Both the position numbers and the translations under genes were made by a program. 64,000 nucleotides of DNA from contig CM097885.1 of the NCBI GenBank assembly GCA_044892525.1, positions 228,160,001-228,224,000 of the forward strand. The letters are read 5' to 3'. The first letter of the stretch is position 1. Every line of letters begins with the position of its first letter. This document shows positions 48,236 through 61,193 of this stretch, in pieces. The notes below the pieces were generated by a model. The model was not told where the DNA came from, did no database searches, and saw only the letters and a program-made list of their open reading frames with translations. Source of the DNA: Schmidtea polychroa. Its lineage: Eukaryota.

Positions 48236-51136
48236 ATGCATGGAAGGCCCAGTGTTATCGTGATGATTAATAATGTAAAATTAGTATGCCTATTAGATAC
48301 TGGAGCTAAAATAAGTGTGATTGATTATAATATTTTTAAAAAACTTGGAAATTTGAATATGACTACAAGTAATTTAAAATATAGATGTGCGAATGATAGC
48401 CCGATTGAAATTTGCGGTAAAACTTTATTAAATGTAAAAGTTGATAAAATTTCTGATATTAAAAAAGTAGAATTCGTTGTAGCCAAAGATATAAACCCAA
48501 AGTTAATAGGAGGTATAGATTTTCTCGAAAGATTTGGAATGCAATTGCAAATAGAAAACCGTACAGACGAAATAAATACAATTATGGAAAATTCATTTAA
48601 TAACCACATAAGTGAAGATAAGATAATAAATAATTTAATTTCCACGTTCGACGGTATTTTTATGAAACATAAATGGGATGTTGGGAAAACCGAACTATTA
48701 AAGCATGAAATACTTACTAAAGGTAGTCCGATTGTAATAAACCCAAGACGACAACCTATACATTTAATAGAAAAAATTGAAGAAAATATTCAAGAAATGT
48801 TGAAATATGGCATTATATCAGAATGTACATCTCCTTGGAATTCTCCATTAGTATGTGTTAAAAAGAAAAACATTAGTGATATAAGAATATGCTTGGACTA
48901 CCGTGCTTTAAATAATATAACCGAAAGACCGATTTTTCCCATTCCAAATACTGGTGAATTATTAGATATTCTTAACGGAGCAAAGTTTTTCTCGACAATT
49001 GATTTAGGCAATGCTTATTATCAAGTAGAACTCGATGATGCATCAAAATTGAAAACAGCATTTCGACAAAAAGCAAGCAATATTACTTTAACAGAATGCC
49101 ATTTGGAATAGCAGCCGCACCAGGCAACATTTCAAAGACTTATGAATTTGGTTCTTGGAGAATTAAATTGGAATGGAACAATTGTATATCTGGATGATAT
49201 CCTTATATTTTCAAAGACATTGAATGAACATTATAGTACCATTGAAAAGGTTTTTCAAAAGATTAAATTAGCAAATCTTAAAATAAGTCCAGCAAAATGT
49301 TAATTCAAAAGGAAAGAAGTAAAATTTTTGGGTCATATCATTGGTGAAGATGGAATACGTACGGATGAAAGAAAGATTGAAACTATTAAATATTTTGAAA
49401 GACCTAAATGCGTAAAAAGTTTGAGAGGATTTTAGGCTTGGCAAATTACTATCGCAGATTTATAGAAAATTACACCAAAGATTCCAAAGTATTAGAAGCG
49501 TTATGCGGAAGTAAACAAAAGAAGCATATGTGGACTGATGAGTGTGAAACTTCATTTAGAATTTTAAAACTGAAATTGACGTCTACACCTGTATTGAAGT
49601 TCCCAGATTTTTCTAAGCCATTCATTTTGGATACAGATGCAAGTTTTGACCGCATTGGTGCTGTTCTGTCTCAAAAAGATGGAAGTAATCGCATATGGAT
49701 CCCGAGCTATGAATAAACACGAGTTGGGTTATTGTATAACAAGAAATGAATTACTATCTATATTTTATTTTACTGGTCATTTTAAGCATTATCTATATGG
49801 TAAAAAGTTTATTTTGAGGACGGATCACAAAGCCATTACATTTATGATGAAGACAAAGAAAGCTATTACCCCACAATTTCAAACTTGGATTAACAATCTT
49901 AGTGGTCTGGACATGGAGATTCAATACAGAAAAGGTGATAACCACAATAATGCCGACACTTTATCTAGAAAAGAATGTGAAACATGTGTTCAATGTCAAA
50001 TGATTCATGAAAATCCTAAAATGGGTAAATTAAAAACAAGATTGTTGACACTGATGACTGATAATATTGAAAATATATGGCAAAAGAACTCGAAAGAAAT
50101 TGAAAATATAAAAGAAAATATTAGTTTGATGCCAGATAAAACATTTTTTAAATATGTCAACGGCGTGATTATGACAAATAATAATAAAATTTGAATTCCA
50201 GAAGAAAACAAGTCTGAATTCATCATAGAATATCATAAAAAGCTCTGTCACGCGGGTGCTAATAAAGTAAAAATTTATGTATCAAACAATTTTGATATGA
50301 AAGATTTGGAGCAATCTATTCGTAATGTTGTACAATCCTGTGAAAACTGTCAGAAAAGAAAGGTTGATACAACTAAAACAAAAGAAGAAATAATTTGCAA
50401 AAGTGATTCGAAATTATTTGAAACAATCTATGTAGATTTTTGTGATCCATTACAACTTGCAATGAAAGGAGAAAGATATATTCTTGGGATTATAGATCAT
50501 CATAGTAAGTTTATTTCTTTACATACAGTGAAATCGCAAGATGAAAAAACAGTGGTAAGATTACTGAAAGAAGAGTGGATAATGAAGTTTGGAGCACCAA
50601 GGATAATAAACTGTGACAGAGGTAAATCATTTGAATCAAAGCTAATGAAAGATTTTGCAGAATTCCACAATATTGAAATTAATTATTCAAGTCCATATCA
50701 TCACTCAGCAAATGGACTGATTGAGAGACAATTCCATACAATTAGAGATGCAATACAGATAACACTCAAAGATAAAAGACATAAATCATGGGTAGATGTT
50801 CTTCCCGAAGTTCAGTTTATGTTGAATTCAACTTTTCAAAAAACTATTAGGAAGACTCCAGCTGAAATGGTGTTTGGGAAAAAGATTTATAGTGAATGGT
50901 TCTCAGAGATTGTGGAAGAAGAAAAAATCAATCAGGCGACAAATCGCGAATTTCAAATTGGAGATTGCGTATTGATCAAAGTAAATGTTCGAAATAAAGG
51001 TGATAACAGATACATGGGTCCAGGTGTGATTACTAAAAAGATTCATGATCGAAGTTATGAAATAAAATTGGAAAATGGAAGTTCCGTCAATAGAAATATT
51101 GAGTGGTTAAAGGTTTTCAAAAAGGGGGGGATGTGA
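48236..51136 (+). pseudogene. pol: pol (protease-RT-RNase H-integrase), several frameshifts and stops
   Basis: LLDTGA protease; CLDYRALN, IDLGNAYYQ and VYLDD RT; LDTDAS and LRTDHKAI RNase H; HHCC zinc finger and YVDF / CDRG / NGLIER integrase. Confidence 0.95.
51118..51131 (+). promoter_or_regulatory. Polypurine tract
   Basis: AAAAAAGGGGGGGA-type purine run immediately before the 3' LTR TGTGAG. Confidence 0.85.
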
Positions 51137-51343
51137 GGCGTTTTGTAATTTGTATTTAAATAATGGTATGATGTTGTGTATGTTTGATTGTATGCTGAAA
51201 TCCTTACTTATACATTAATTATTATTTTTTAGAAACTCCTCAAACAAATTAACGTTATAATTTGTTTTAATAATATTTGTGTTTTTAATAAACGTGTTTT
51301 AGTTATGGATTCTATTAATACCCGTAGCTCTGTGGCTAATACA
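51132..51343 (+). repeat. 3' LTR (212 bp)
   Basis: TG...CA termini; AATAAA present; matches the 5' LTR. Confidence 0.9.
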
Positions 51344-53203
51344 TATAATTACCGAATTTCCAAATAAAAAACAATCCATTTTGTACAATTGTCATTGTGT
51401 CAAGACCAGACAAACCGAATTAAAAACCCCTTCTTTCCGGAACTCAACACGTCTTGGAATGTTTTGAACCTGCAACGGATTGAATAACATTTTTTCTAAA
51501 TTTTTATACTTTTCAAAAAATTTATTAGACGAAATATTATGTCGTACATCGAATTTGAAAATTTTGACAAATATTATTAATAATTGATAATTTAATTTAA
51601 TACATAGAGCAGTGAAATTAATTAAAAATAATTAATTTGACGAAAGATTTTGACAGAATTCGTATATTTATTAATCAAAGGTTTGGAGTCGGAACTAGTA
51701 ACATTCAAACGCCTCCTGGCCTTAACTAGTTTGTTTATTTACTATGACATATGTGGTGAGACATTAATAATACAACATCATATATAATATAATCTATTTC
51801 TCCATAAACACCCATTTTTGACGAATAAAAATGTATGCATATTTGGGGCATTTTACATTTCCTTTTAGGTAGATCTAAACAAATGGATAAGACTTTACAA
51901 AATGTATCTTTTATAAATTTTATTTTTACTTATTGGGAAAATTACATTGATTCATTTTATAAATTGTGTATTAAAAATAAACTTAAATTTTTTAATAATT
52001 AACTAGCCTTATTTTGTATACTTATTTGTTTTCATTTAATTTTCGATTGTTGTTTTTTCTACTTAACATAAATTTTTGACACTGATTTTTTCCAATGCTA
52101 TTTTAAGGAAAATAGAAATGCTGAAAGTTTGTGTTAATTTGAAAAGAAATGATTATATAACTTCCTATTTCTGTTTATTTTTTCATTAAATATTTTCATT
52201 AAATTTCTGTTCCTGTTGATTGTTACCACAACGTGAATTCCAAAACATTTTATTGATATTTTGTATTATATTTTATCTGTCCATTGAAATTCGAACTAAC
52301 CAGACCCTGTCGCCGATTGCTTCTCACTCTAACGATTGATATTATTTGCGTTCAACGAGTCAATGATTGAATCACTAAAATAACCTTTCACGTCCCACTT
52401 CATCGACTTTATTTTCTCTGTTTTCACTAAAGTTTCTATCACTTAAAGTTCCAAAAGAAATTCCTGAAATCACAAAATTATATTTCAATAAATCCAGTTA
52501 CAAAACTTTAAAAGAATCACACAAATAATCCAATATTTAAATTCCAAACGAAATTATTCAAAATTCGATTCTTAATTAAATTGATAAACGAAATGATGAC
52601 TGCACATTGTCATAACACACATCTGCATACACAGACCGATGAACCAATCAGCAACATGCAAAAGCAAAAACGCTGCATACTTAGCCCGCACATACACGCG
52701 AAAACACACAAAAAAACCATCATAACCATTCACATGTTAATCGGCCGAAACAATTTCATTTAACATATAATTAAAAAAAATTTATTAAAATTTAAATAAT
52801 TAAGATCAAAATTATTATTATAATTAATTTTGAGCTACAATTGCTTTATAATATGCTAAGAAAATCCTGTGGCGTAGCAAGGACATTATGACCTTCGGGT
52901 CATAACTTGATGTAGGAACTCTCCCAGTTTTATTTATTTCACAATTTCCAGATAAATCGAATGACTATTTAAACAAACCTTTATAAATACAGAATTATAA
53001 TTCGGTTCTGTAAATTTATATCCAATTGTAATTATTGGATCAGAAATAAATAGATTATAATTTCACTATCTAAAATTTTCCTGTCAGTTCTGAATATTAT
53101 TAACTGGACAATAATACATTTCGGATTTGTTATATGAAATAATAAACACAAATTAATATAAAAATTAATAAATATAAATTAAAAATAAATTGATATTATA
53201 AAT

Positions 53204-53532
53204 CAGTGTTTCCCAAACGGTGTGCCGTGAGTTTGAACCAGGTGTGCCGCGAGACTTTTTTTCTTAAAAAAGTTGGTAATAAACAAATTTACAAAAACTA
53301 TATCAAGTTTTTTACTATGAAAAAGTCGCTTCTGTGGATCAAAATTACAAAAAAATTGTCTTTATTACCTTATAAAAATCTCTCGTAATAATATTTAATT
53401 AGTATAGTAGCTTTTTTATATATCATTGGACAGTCAAAAATTTGTAAAATTATTTGATTTTTCGGCAGGTGTGCCGCGAGCTTTTTTGAATTTTTTAGTG
53501 TGCCGTGAGCGAGAAAAGTTTGAGAAACACTG
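53204..53532. mobile_element. hAT-type MITE (329 bp)
   Basis: TIR CAGTGTTTCCCAAAC / GTTTGAGAAACACTG; perfect 8-bp TSD TTATAAAT; four GTGTGCCG subterminal repeats. Confidence 0.9.
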
Positions 53533-54339
53533 TTATAAATAATTGGTTTGGAGTAGAAATATCAAGAAATGACATTTGAGAAAGATTTTGATTTTGATTT
53601 CCAAATTCACGAAAATTCCCTTTATGTAAAGTTCCAAATCTGTAGAACAAATAATTTTTACATTATTATTTGACTCGATTAGGAATAAATGTTGTTTAAT
53701 TTGCTGCACATTTATATTCACTAATGGAACCGATGAATTTTAATGTTTGGAGTCAAATGATAAACTCCAGGACGGACCATAAATATTTGGAAAAAATTGA
53801 ATGAAGACCGATGGTCTGTTAATTGGCCCTATCAGTTTGAGAATGATATGCTGGGTGCAAATATTTATCAAAACTTTAACGAGTAAAATGATTACAGTTG
53901 AAATTGAATGGCCAGAATTCTAACATATCATCAGTAATTTATGTTTGTTTGAATGCAATCAGAAATTGTCAAGTGTAGAAAGAGTAAATCATATATCCAC
54001 TGCCAAATTTGAGGCTAGTTATAAAACATGAACCGAGTTAAAAAACAGTCTGAGAGCCACTACGAAAAAGAGTTTTGATGGGTGTTTTAAATTCTATTTG
54101 AAACAAAAAAGCTTGAATCTTTTGAATAAAAATATAAATAAGTGATAGCAGAATTTGAATAGTCTGAGGTTTTGAAGCAAAAGGAAATTAAAATAGATTG
54201 AAAATGATCAAAATCAATTAGATTTAGATTTTAACAGAATAGGTAACCTAGCATTTAATAAAAACGAATAAATTTTTAAAATGCAATCTCTTGCTCTTAG
54301 AACGATAGCTCTAAGATGTCATTCTGAAAGAAAAATCAT

Positions 54340-54495
54340 TAGAACTACTGATTTTTGACGAAAAATAACAGATTATTCTGGTTGATGGGTAATTTCTAAA
54401 GCTTGCATCGAAGATAAAAATGACGCCAGTGAGGAAATGTATTTGTATCTACATCAATACTTGTAAGGAAAGGCTCTTAGAATTATCAGTGAGTA
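54340..54495 (+). pseudogene. BEL/Pao-type gag fragment
   Basis: ELLIFDEKITDYSG*W...CIEDK...EEMYLYLHQYL*GKALRII resembles L..FDG....Y..W...F...I.....K..YL.QYL.G.A..I. Confidence 0.45.
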
Positions 54496-56656
54496 GAATA
54501 ATAGGAGCCTTTGAAGTGTTTATATAAGGACTGTGGAGGAATCAATGATGATGAACTCCGAGAAAGAATTTTACCTGATAAAATATAAAATTTGTGAAAA
54601 GTTTTGGAGTTGTTACAAAAACTACGGTACGTTGGCTAATTTGTTATTGGATCATCTCTCTATATTTTTTGAATTTTTGACAGTAGTAAAATCATAGAAA
54701 ATAAAAGAAAAAATGGTACTTCTGTGTTATCTTACTCCCAAAAATTAAATTATAAAATACAATTAAAATAACAATATAAAAAATGAGAGAATACATTATT
54801 GATGACGTTATTGAACATTATTGAACATGAATTTATTAAGGCTATCTGTGATTTATGTGATTATGTGATTATATGAGTCTATGTGGCGCAAACGTGTTCT
54901 AAGCAACAGTGCCGATGTGTTCGACACTATCCTCAACGACATTGTGGTTTTCTGGCCACCTGGATGACCATTTACAAACTCTTTACAAACATTTGCTGAG
55001 TTTGTAACTGTGATTTAGAAAATAAATATAATAATTATATGTATTCTTTTTTAATTTAATTTTTGGGGGTAAGATAACACGGAAGTACCGAAAAAATGCA
55101 TAATGGATATTATATGCACATTAGTGCTATCACCTAAACACAAAAAATTCTGAAGCATTTTCAAAATTTACAAAACAATCGACTTTTCTTTTCTCAAAAA
55201 TGTTTTTTATCTATCAGGGCCAGCCGGAGAATTTTGGAGTTAGTCCAAATCCGAGATAGTATAAGATACACTATCAAAGTGCAAACGTAGCTATCTTATT
55301 ACATAAACTATACATTAGGAGGATTAACTTTCAAGTGATTGAGTACCATTTTTTACTCCGACGAAAAGCGTGCAGTACTTTTTACGACAAACGATTTCTG
55401 ACTTGTTATGGAATAGTTAATGAATGTTTATGTATAACAATAAAATTTTCATTAAAATTATTAAACTTTTTTTTTGCAAATAACAAAAACATAAAATACA
55501 ATTTTTTTTAAAGTTACAGAAATGTCTTAATTACTTAATTACTTAATTACTTACGACAACGCGACCACTCGAAAGTTAAAAATAATATTTCATTTCATAT
55601 ATTTAATTCTTTTCATATTTTATATTTCTAATTTTTTATTTCATTCCTATTTGCAAAAAAAGCAATGTTTAATAATTCCTTTCTACTGTATTTCATGAAA
55701 TAAATTTAATACCATGCGTATAACAGTCAATTATCAAACATAATTATATTAATCTTTGACACCTTATAAATGAAAAAGGAGTTATTTTAAATTTTAGTAT
55801 TACAATGTTCACATTTTTAAGATGTCATTAAAATATTTTACAAAAAATACTTTTGAGTATTAATGGGTTTATTGCTGTGGCAATGGAGATTTATGTTACA
55901 TAAAATACAATTAATAATTTATAATCCGTGGATTACCGATTAACTCATCATTAATGGGCCTGTTATTAAAATTTTATAAAAAATATCAAGATTTACTATA
56001 AGATAAAAGATAAAAAAATCCGATAATAAAATTTCTCCATAGAAACTGAAAATATAATACAAAAACCTTAACTATAGAGAATTATTGGAAAGATAGTAAA
56101 TTTTTATGCATTTACATTTATCGAAAATTAAATTTCACATAAAAAACTATTTGTTCTTTAGATCAATAAAATTCTTAAGCATAGCCACAAAATTTATTTA
56201 TTCTCGTCTAACAAAAAATAAGTAGCGAAAATTAAATATTTCAACGAAAAATCTATATTATTATTATTATTATTATTATTTGAAATCTATTGAATAGGTT
56301 GGAAAAATAAAGTAAAAGATTTTTTATTTATTTCAACATCAATGATAATAAATAATCCATAATTTTTTTTAATAATCGAAAAATCAATAAATATTTTGTA
56401 AATTAATCCAAAAATGCTATAATGCCAAACAGAAAAAGAAAAAATATTTCAATTTTTATTTTCATAGAATTTGGATGAAATTTAAAAAACAAAAGTGCTA
56501 TAAATAAGAAATCAATAAAACGAGTTTTGATTATAGAAAATTTCTGATTTGTGAAAATTAATTTTTATTTTGGTCTACTGATTCTATTATTAAATCATTG
56601 ATTACATTTATATGGCCTCGATGATAGAAAATTCTTATTTGAGAAAATCAGACAAG

Positions 56657-56659
<3 letters not shown>

Positions 56660-56702
<43 letters not shown>
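56660..56702. repeat. (TA)n microsatellite
   Basis: Direct observation. Confidence 0.95.
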
Positions 56703-56707
<5 letters not shown>

Positions 56708-57189
56708 CAACAATCACGTGACGTCATTGATTGTATGAACCGATATAATTTTTGTGTTTTACTGATATGAAATTCATGAATAATCATGTCATATTTATCA
56801 TTTGAGCATAATTTTTATCGAGTTGCAAATAAACTCTATCAATCGATCGATTGTTCTGTGAATTGTAGTTCTATGAATTTATATTGGCGCTGCCAAAGCA
56901 TTGGAAATTAATGGATAAAATTCGGTAAGATTTATAAGATTTATAACTTCATTAAATGTTTAATATTTTCAAACGGTTTTTTTTTATTTTAATTAAATTT
57001 TAAATTCAATTTTATTCAAGTTATTTGCATGATGGCTGCAAATTTTTTTATTTGGAATATATATTTAAATTGACAGATTTTCAGATTATGTTACGTAGGA
57101 TAGGATGTAAAAATTTAAGATTTTCATGTTTAATAAAAATGAAATTAATAAATTTTCATTTATTCTTGATAAGAATCAATAGCCTAAAT

Positions 57190-57608
57190 TAGGGGGTCGC
57201 CAAACATTTGGACATTGACTTCAATTTTTATCTACTTATATTCTTTTGTAATTAATCTGGCATAAATAGCGTGTGTTTTATTTTTGCCGTGTTCTGTCTC
57301 GTCTAAGATTGTCAATAAATTTCAGGCACTTCTAGGCTACTGTGCAAAAATTAATTGGTTTTTTTTAATTTATTGTTTTGATAAAATATTTCAAACAATC
57401 GTTGTGTCACACAGGGTTCCCCACTAAATTATTTCTGTATTGGACAATGTTTTTATTATTATTTCAATTAAATTATTAACTGCGAGTTTAATAATAATAC
57501 TAATATTGTGCATGTTTTTTTCACTATATCAATAGAAATAATTTACAAAGCTTTTACTTTTTAAAAACAACAGCGTAGGTGATATTGGCCACTTTGAGGA
57601 GACCCCTG
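57190..57608. mobile_element. Old hAT-type MITE (419 bp)
   Basis: TAGGGGGTCGCCAAAC / CTTTGAGGAGACCCCTG; flanks GCCTAAAT and ACTTAAAT (6/8). Confidence 0.5.
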
Positions 57609-60232
57609 ACTTAAATCAACAGCTTTAAACACTTCATAACCCGATAATTGTCGCCTTTAAATCCGCTAAATACCGCGCGTTTAATTGGATAATTTTTAAT
57701 TCGCTGAAAACAAATTTATTCAGAGTATATATGATAATTATTATTGTTTTTAATAATGCTTTATTTTATCTCATGGAAATGTAGAAAACATATTATATTG
57801 AAATAGCCATTGCTATAAATGAATCGCTCTTTTTCGTTTGATAATTTTTATTATAAAACAAGATTAAAATTTCTTTTACTTAAAAATCAAAAGACTTTAT
57901 TATATAAAGAATTTTCTGCGTGATTTCATTAAAGCCAAACGATTTAATCTTAAACATGATCGCGTTCAATTGAACCAATCTGAATAGACATTCATTTGTC
58001 ATTGTTGATCACAAAATTGTTTTTTATTATCATCGAAAATATGACATGAAAAGTAAATATTATAGTATTGAAAATTAAATATATTAACTTTTAAAATATT
58101 TGGTTTTTAGTGTCCATCAAGAGATCCTTATGAGTCATAAATATTTTATTCAAAAGATAATGAATTTAATACTTTTCGTTACTACCCCTCCCATTATTTG
58201 TATATCTATTACTGGCATCTATTAATAGAACTCACACTTGAGTTCACTGATATATTACCAACTGACAATTAAATCGGCAAAAAACCGGTGTTACATAGAT
58301 AAAGGTGTTTCAAGGTGCGGTCCTATTTTACAATGTCATGAATTTTAACGACCACTAAATTTAAAAATCGTTTACTTTTGAATATATACTTAGGAATTCG
58401 ACATTGTGAGAAAAATTTGATTAAAAAAAATGAAATAAAATATGAAGTTTTCATAATGAAGACTCATAATTTTCGATTTTTTTTAAGATATACTAATCAA
58501 AAACTACAATAATAATTATTAATACAATCCAATTAAACAATTAACGAATTTGATCGAGATATTTCGATCAGCGAAATTTATCAAAAAAACTTGATCGAAT
58601 ATATTCGATCATCTCCGAAAATTAGAGTACTGTGAGATTAAGGTGAAACTATTGCATTTCGCCGTGGAAAATCTTTAACAATGAAGTGGAAGGATAAGAA
58701 TGAATTCCTCTGTACATTCCTCTGTACATTCCTCTGAAATGGTGCAAGTTAAACGAAGACGTGAAGCTACTACTAAAACCGTAAAAAAAATAAATAAAAA
58801 AATGGATTCTTTTTTTGCTGACTTTTGAAAATTAATTAATTGGTTAAATGGTTATTACGAACAATATCAACTATCTTTTTTATTTTTATTTTCATTTTCA
58901 ACTTTTCTGTCACTTCAAATCAGATTGGTGATTTTTAAGAAACGGTTCAACTTAAGGGAGCTAAGTCATATTTCTCAAATGATTTTCCATTTCTATTAAT
59001 TGTCAAGAAATCAAAAAGATTCATAAAAGTCAAAGAAGCTTGCTCAAGTTTCCCATTACTGACTGCAAAAATATTCAAAGATTTTGTTTTTAATTGAAAT
59101 GGAAATTTATTTCAAATTTTTAAACCTTGATTGAAATTTATTATAAATATTTGTTCGGAATTTTTAACATTTATTATTTCTTTATATTCACCACAAATTT
59201 TAATTTTTTATTAATAACTAATTTATAAGGAAAAGTTTACAATGTGTTGTCGCGAGTCTGCTGTTCAACACAGATTTAGATCCGCCCAAAATTATTTTTA
59301 CATATTAAATTAGTAACAATAAATTGATAATTTAAGCCTTTTGCTGTAAATAATGTATTTAATGAAAATGTTTTCGCAACAAAAGGCTTAAATTATCACT
59401 TTATTGTTATCACTTTATACTATTAAATTAGTATATTACTTAATTGAGGAGGGGTATTGATATTTAACTAATTATATTTTGCTTACATTTCTTAACATTG
59501 GTGAGGGGTAATAGAAAAAAAATGTCAAAAATTTATCTATTTCCTTATAGCGAGACGATTCAAATTACATTTGGTGTTAGTCAGTAAAGAATAATCGTAA
59601 ATATTTTTTTTATCTAAATATATGAAATTATTCAAGTGACATTTCGTTTTCTCATCAGATGGCTATATTATATTTTAAACAGTTTCAAGCAACTAAATCT
59701 GGTAGGAATTTAGGATTATCAATGACGCCATTTTGGGTTTGGGGGAAATGTTTAATAGCTTATAAATTGCCTAATAAATTTCTTATCATAAAAACTATGC
59801 ATGAGTTTTGGAAGAAATGTCTATTTTTTTCAAATACTAAGTGCACTTAAGTAATTTGAACCTATCCGATCCTTTAACTACTGTTTTATCACACAGCACA
59901 ACATGATATTTTATTTGGATTTTGGTCATGTAAAATTAAATAATGTGATTGTAAATCAAAGTTAAATTATTTATTTGTCTATTATGTAAATAGATATGTG
60001 GCAGTGTCATAATTATACATTATATAATAATAAAAGATTTTTAATTAAATGTCCATAACGAAATTTAATTAAAAATCATTTGCATTGTCTTTTTGCATCT
60101 TTTTGCATTGTAAAAGTTGCATTGTCTTTTTATTACTTTTATAAGTAATTGAAATATAATATAAAATACTATACAATATATTGTTTAATGTTGTAAGATT
60201 TTTTATTTTTTTAAGAAATTACTCTTGGACCA

Positions 60233-61017
60233 TGTTAGGTTAATTGTTGTATTATTATATTATTGTGGTGTGCTATGCTAGAAATTTGAAGGACCCGATA
60301 GAGTCACCGGTAAGAAAAATGTGTTGGGACTATCGGGGTGCGTGTTGTGTAACAATAAAGCAAATAAAAATAATATAAACAATAGTATATTAATCTAAAA
60401 CTTTTATTTAACCAAATTAAAAAACCTTGAGTGAGGATAGAAAAGTATATCAATTGTCTCTTGACTCGATTTTAATAGTTGGGTATTCGTTCCTTATTTT
60501 CGAATTTATATTTCTATTTAGTTTTCTTTTTGATTGTTTAGGGAATATAAGAATAGGTAATGGATGTTGTTGTAGAATTTGAACTGAACAGGAATTTGGT
60601 AGGAAAGTATATCAGTTGTCACTTGTTACAAAATTATCGGTTGTGTATTTGTCTTTTTCTATTTTCTTGGGGTCTATATTTCTGTTTAGTTTTCTTTTCG
60701 ATCGTTCAAAGAGTACGGGAAAGAAAATATCTTCCAATTCTTCAATTTAATATAGCGCTGATAATTCTAATTCTTCAGTTGTTCAATTTGATTTAATCTT
60801 CTGGAGTTTTTGTTTTTTTTAAAATTTTCTTATTGATTTTATTAATTTGTCATTTTTCTATAGTGATAATTTACTATGGTAAATTATCACTATATAGTTT
60901 ATTTATTTTTTTAAATAAAATAAAAACCTTCTCCACGTACAGCGTGCAGAATTGTTTATTACATTCATACAATGTGATTAACAAAACCAAAAAAACAGAG
61001 AATCACAATACATTACA
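60233..61017 (-). repeat. 3' LTR of the gypsy element at the window end (left boundary approximate)
   Basis: Starts TGTAATGTATTGTGAT after the PPT; shares blocks with the solo LTR at 19539-20479; candidate end ...CCTAACA at 60233. Confidence 0.7.
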
Positions 61018-61020
61018 GAA

Positions 61021-61031
61021 CTTCCCCCTTT
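61021..61031 (-). promoter_or_regulatory. Polypurine tract AAAGGGGGAAG
   Basis: 3 nt upstream of the LTR TGT on the minus strand. Confidence 0.8.
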
Positions 61032-61193
61032 AGAACCGGAGGTTAACATTTAAACAGCTTTACATATTTACAGAGATAAGATAAAGCATATGTTGTTGTG
61101 TTTTGTGATGATTTAGTTGTGTTTATGTTTTGTGTTTTACAACTAGCACATTATAAAAATTGTACAACTAAATTTTGTGGGTGCATGTGTTGT

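Larger units (their letters stand above)
46735..51343 (+). mobile_element. Complete but decayed Ty3/gypsy LTR retrotransposon (4609 bp)
   Basis: LTRs 46735-47013 and 51132-51343 (both start TGTGAGGCG); PBS, PPT, gag and PR-RT-RH-IN order all present. Confidence 0.95.

Noticed and set aside
49474-49495. CTGATGAGTGTGAAAC hammerhead-like motif
   Set aside because: It is pol coding sequence (WTDECET) with no valid stems.
52221-52765. Possible solo LTR (CA-rich, ends CATTTAACA)
   Set aside because: No second copy, no defined left end and no TSD.
58704-58736. 12-bp tandem repeat ATTCCTCTGTAC x2.7
   Set aside because: Simple slippage duplication with no further support.
59631-59667. Hammerhead-like string on the minus strand (CTGATGA-G-AAAA-C-GAAA-T-GTC)
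   Set aside because: Stem II is a single pair, stem III is absent and stem I does not pair; chance or a dead relic.
60222-60232. TGGTCCAAGAG after the 3' LTR as a PBS of a tandem element
   Set aside because: No tRNA match beyond TGG and no gag downstream; the LTR boundary itself is uncertain.
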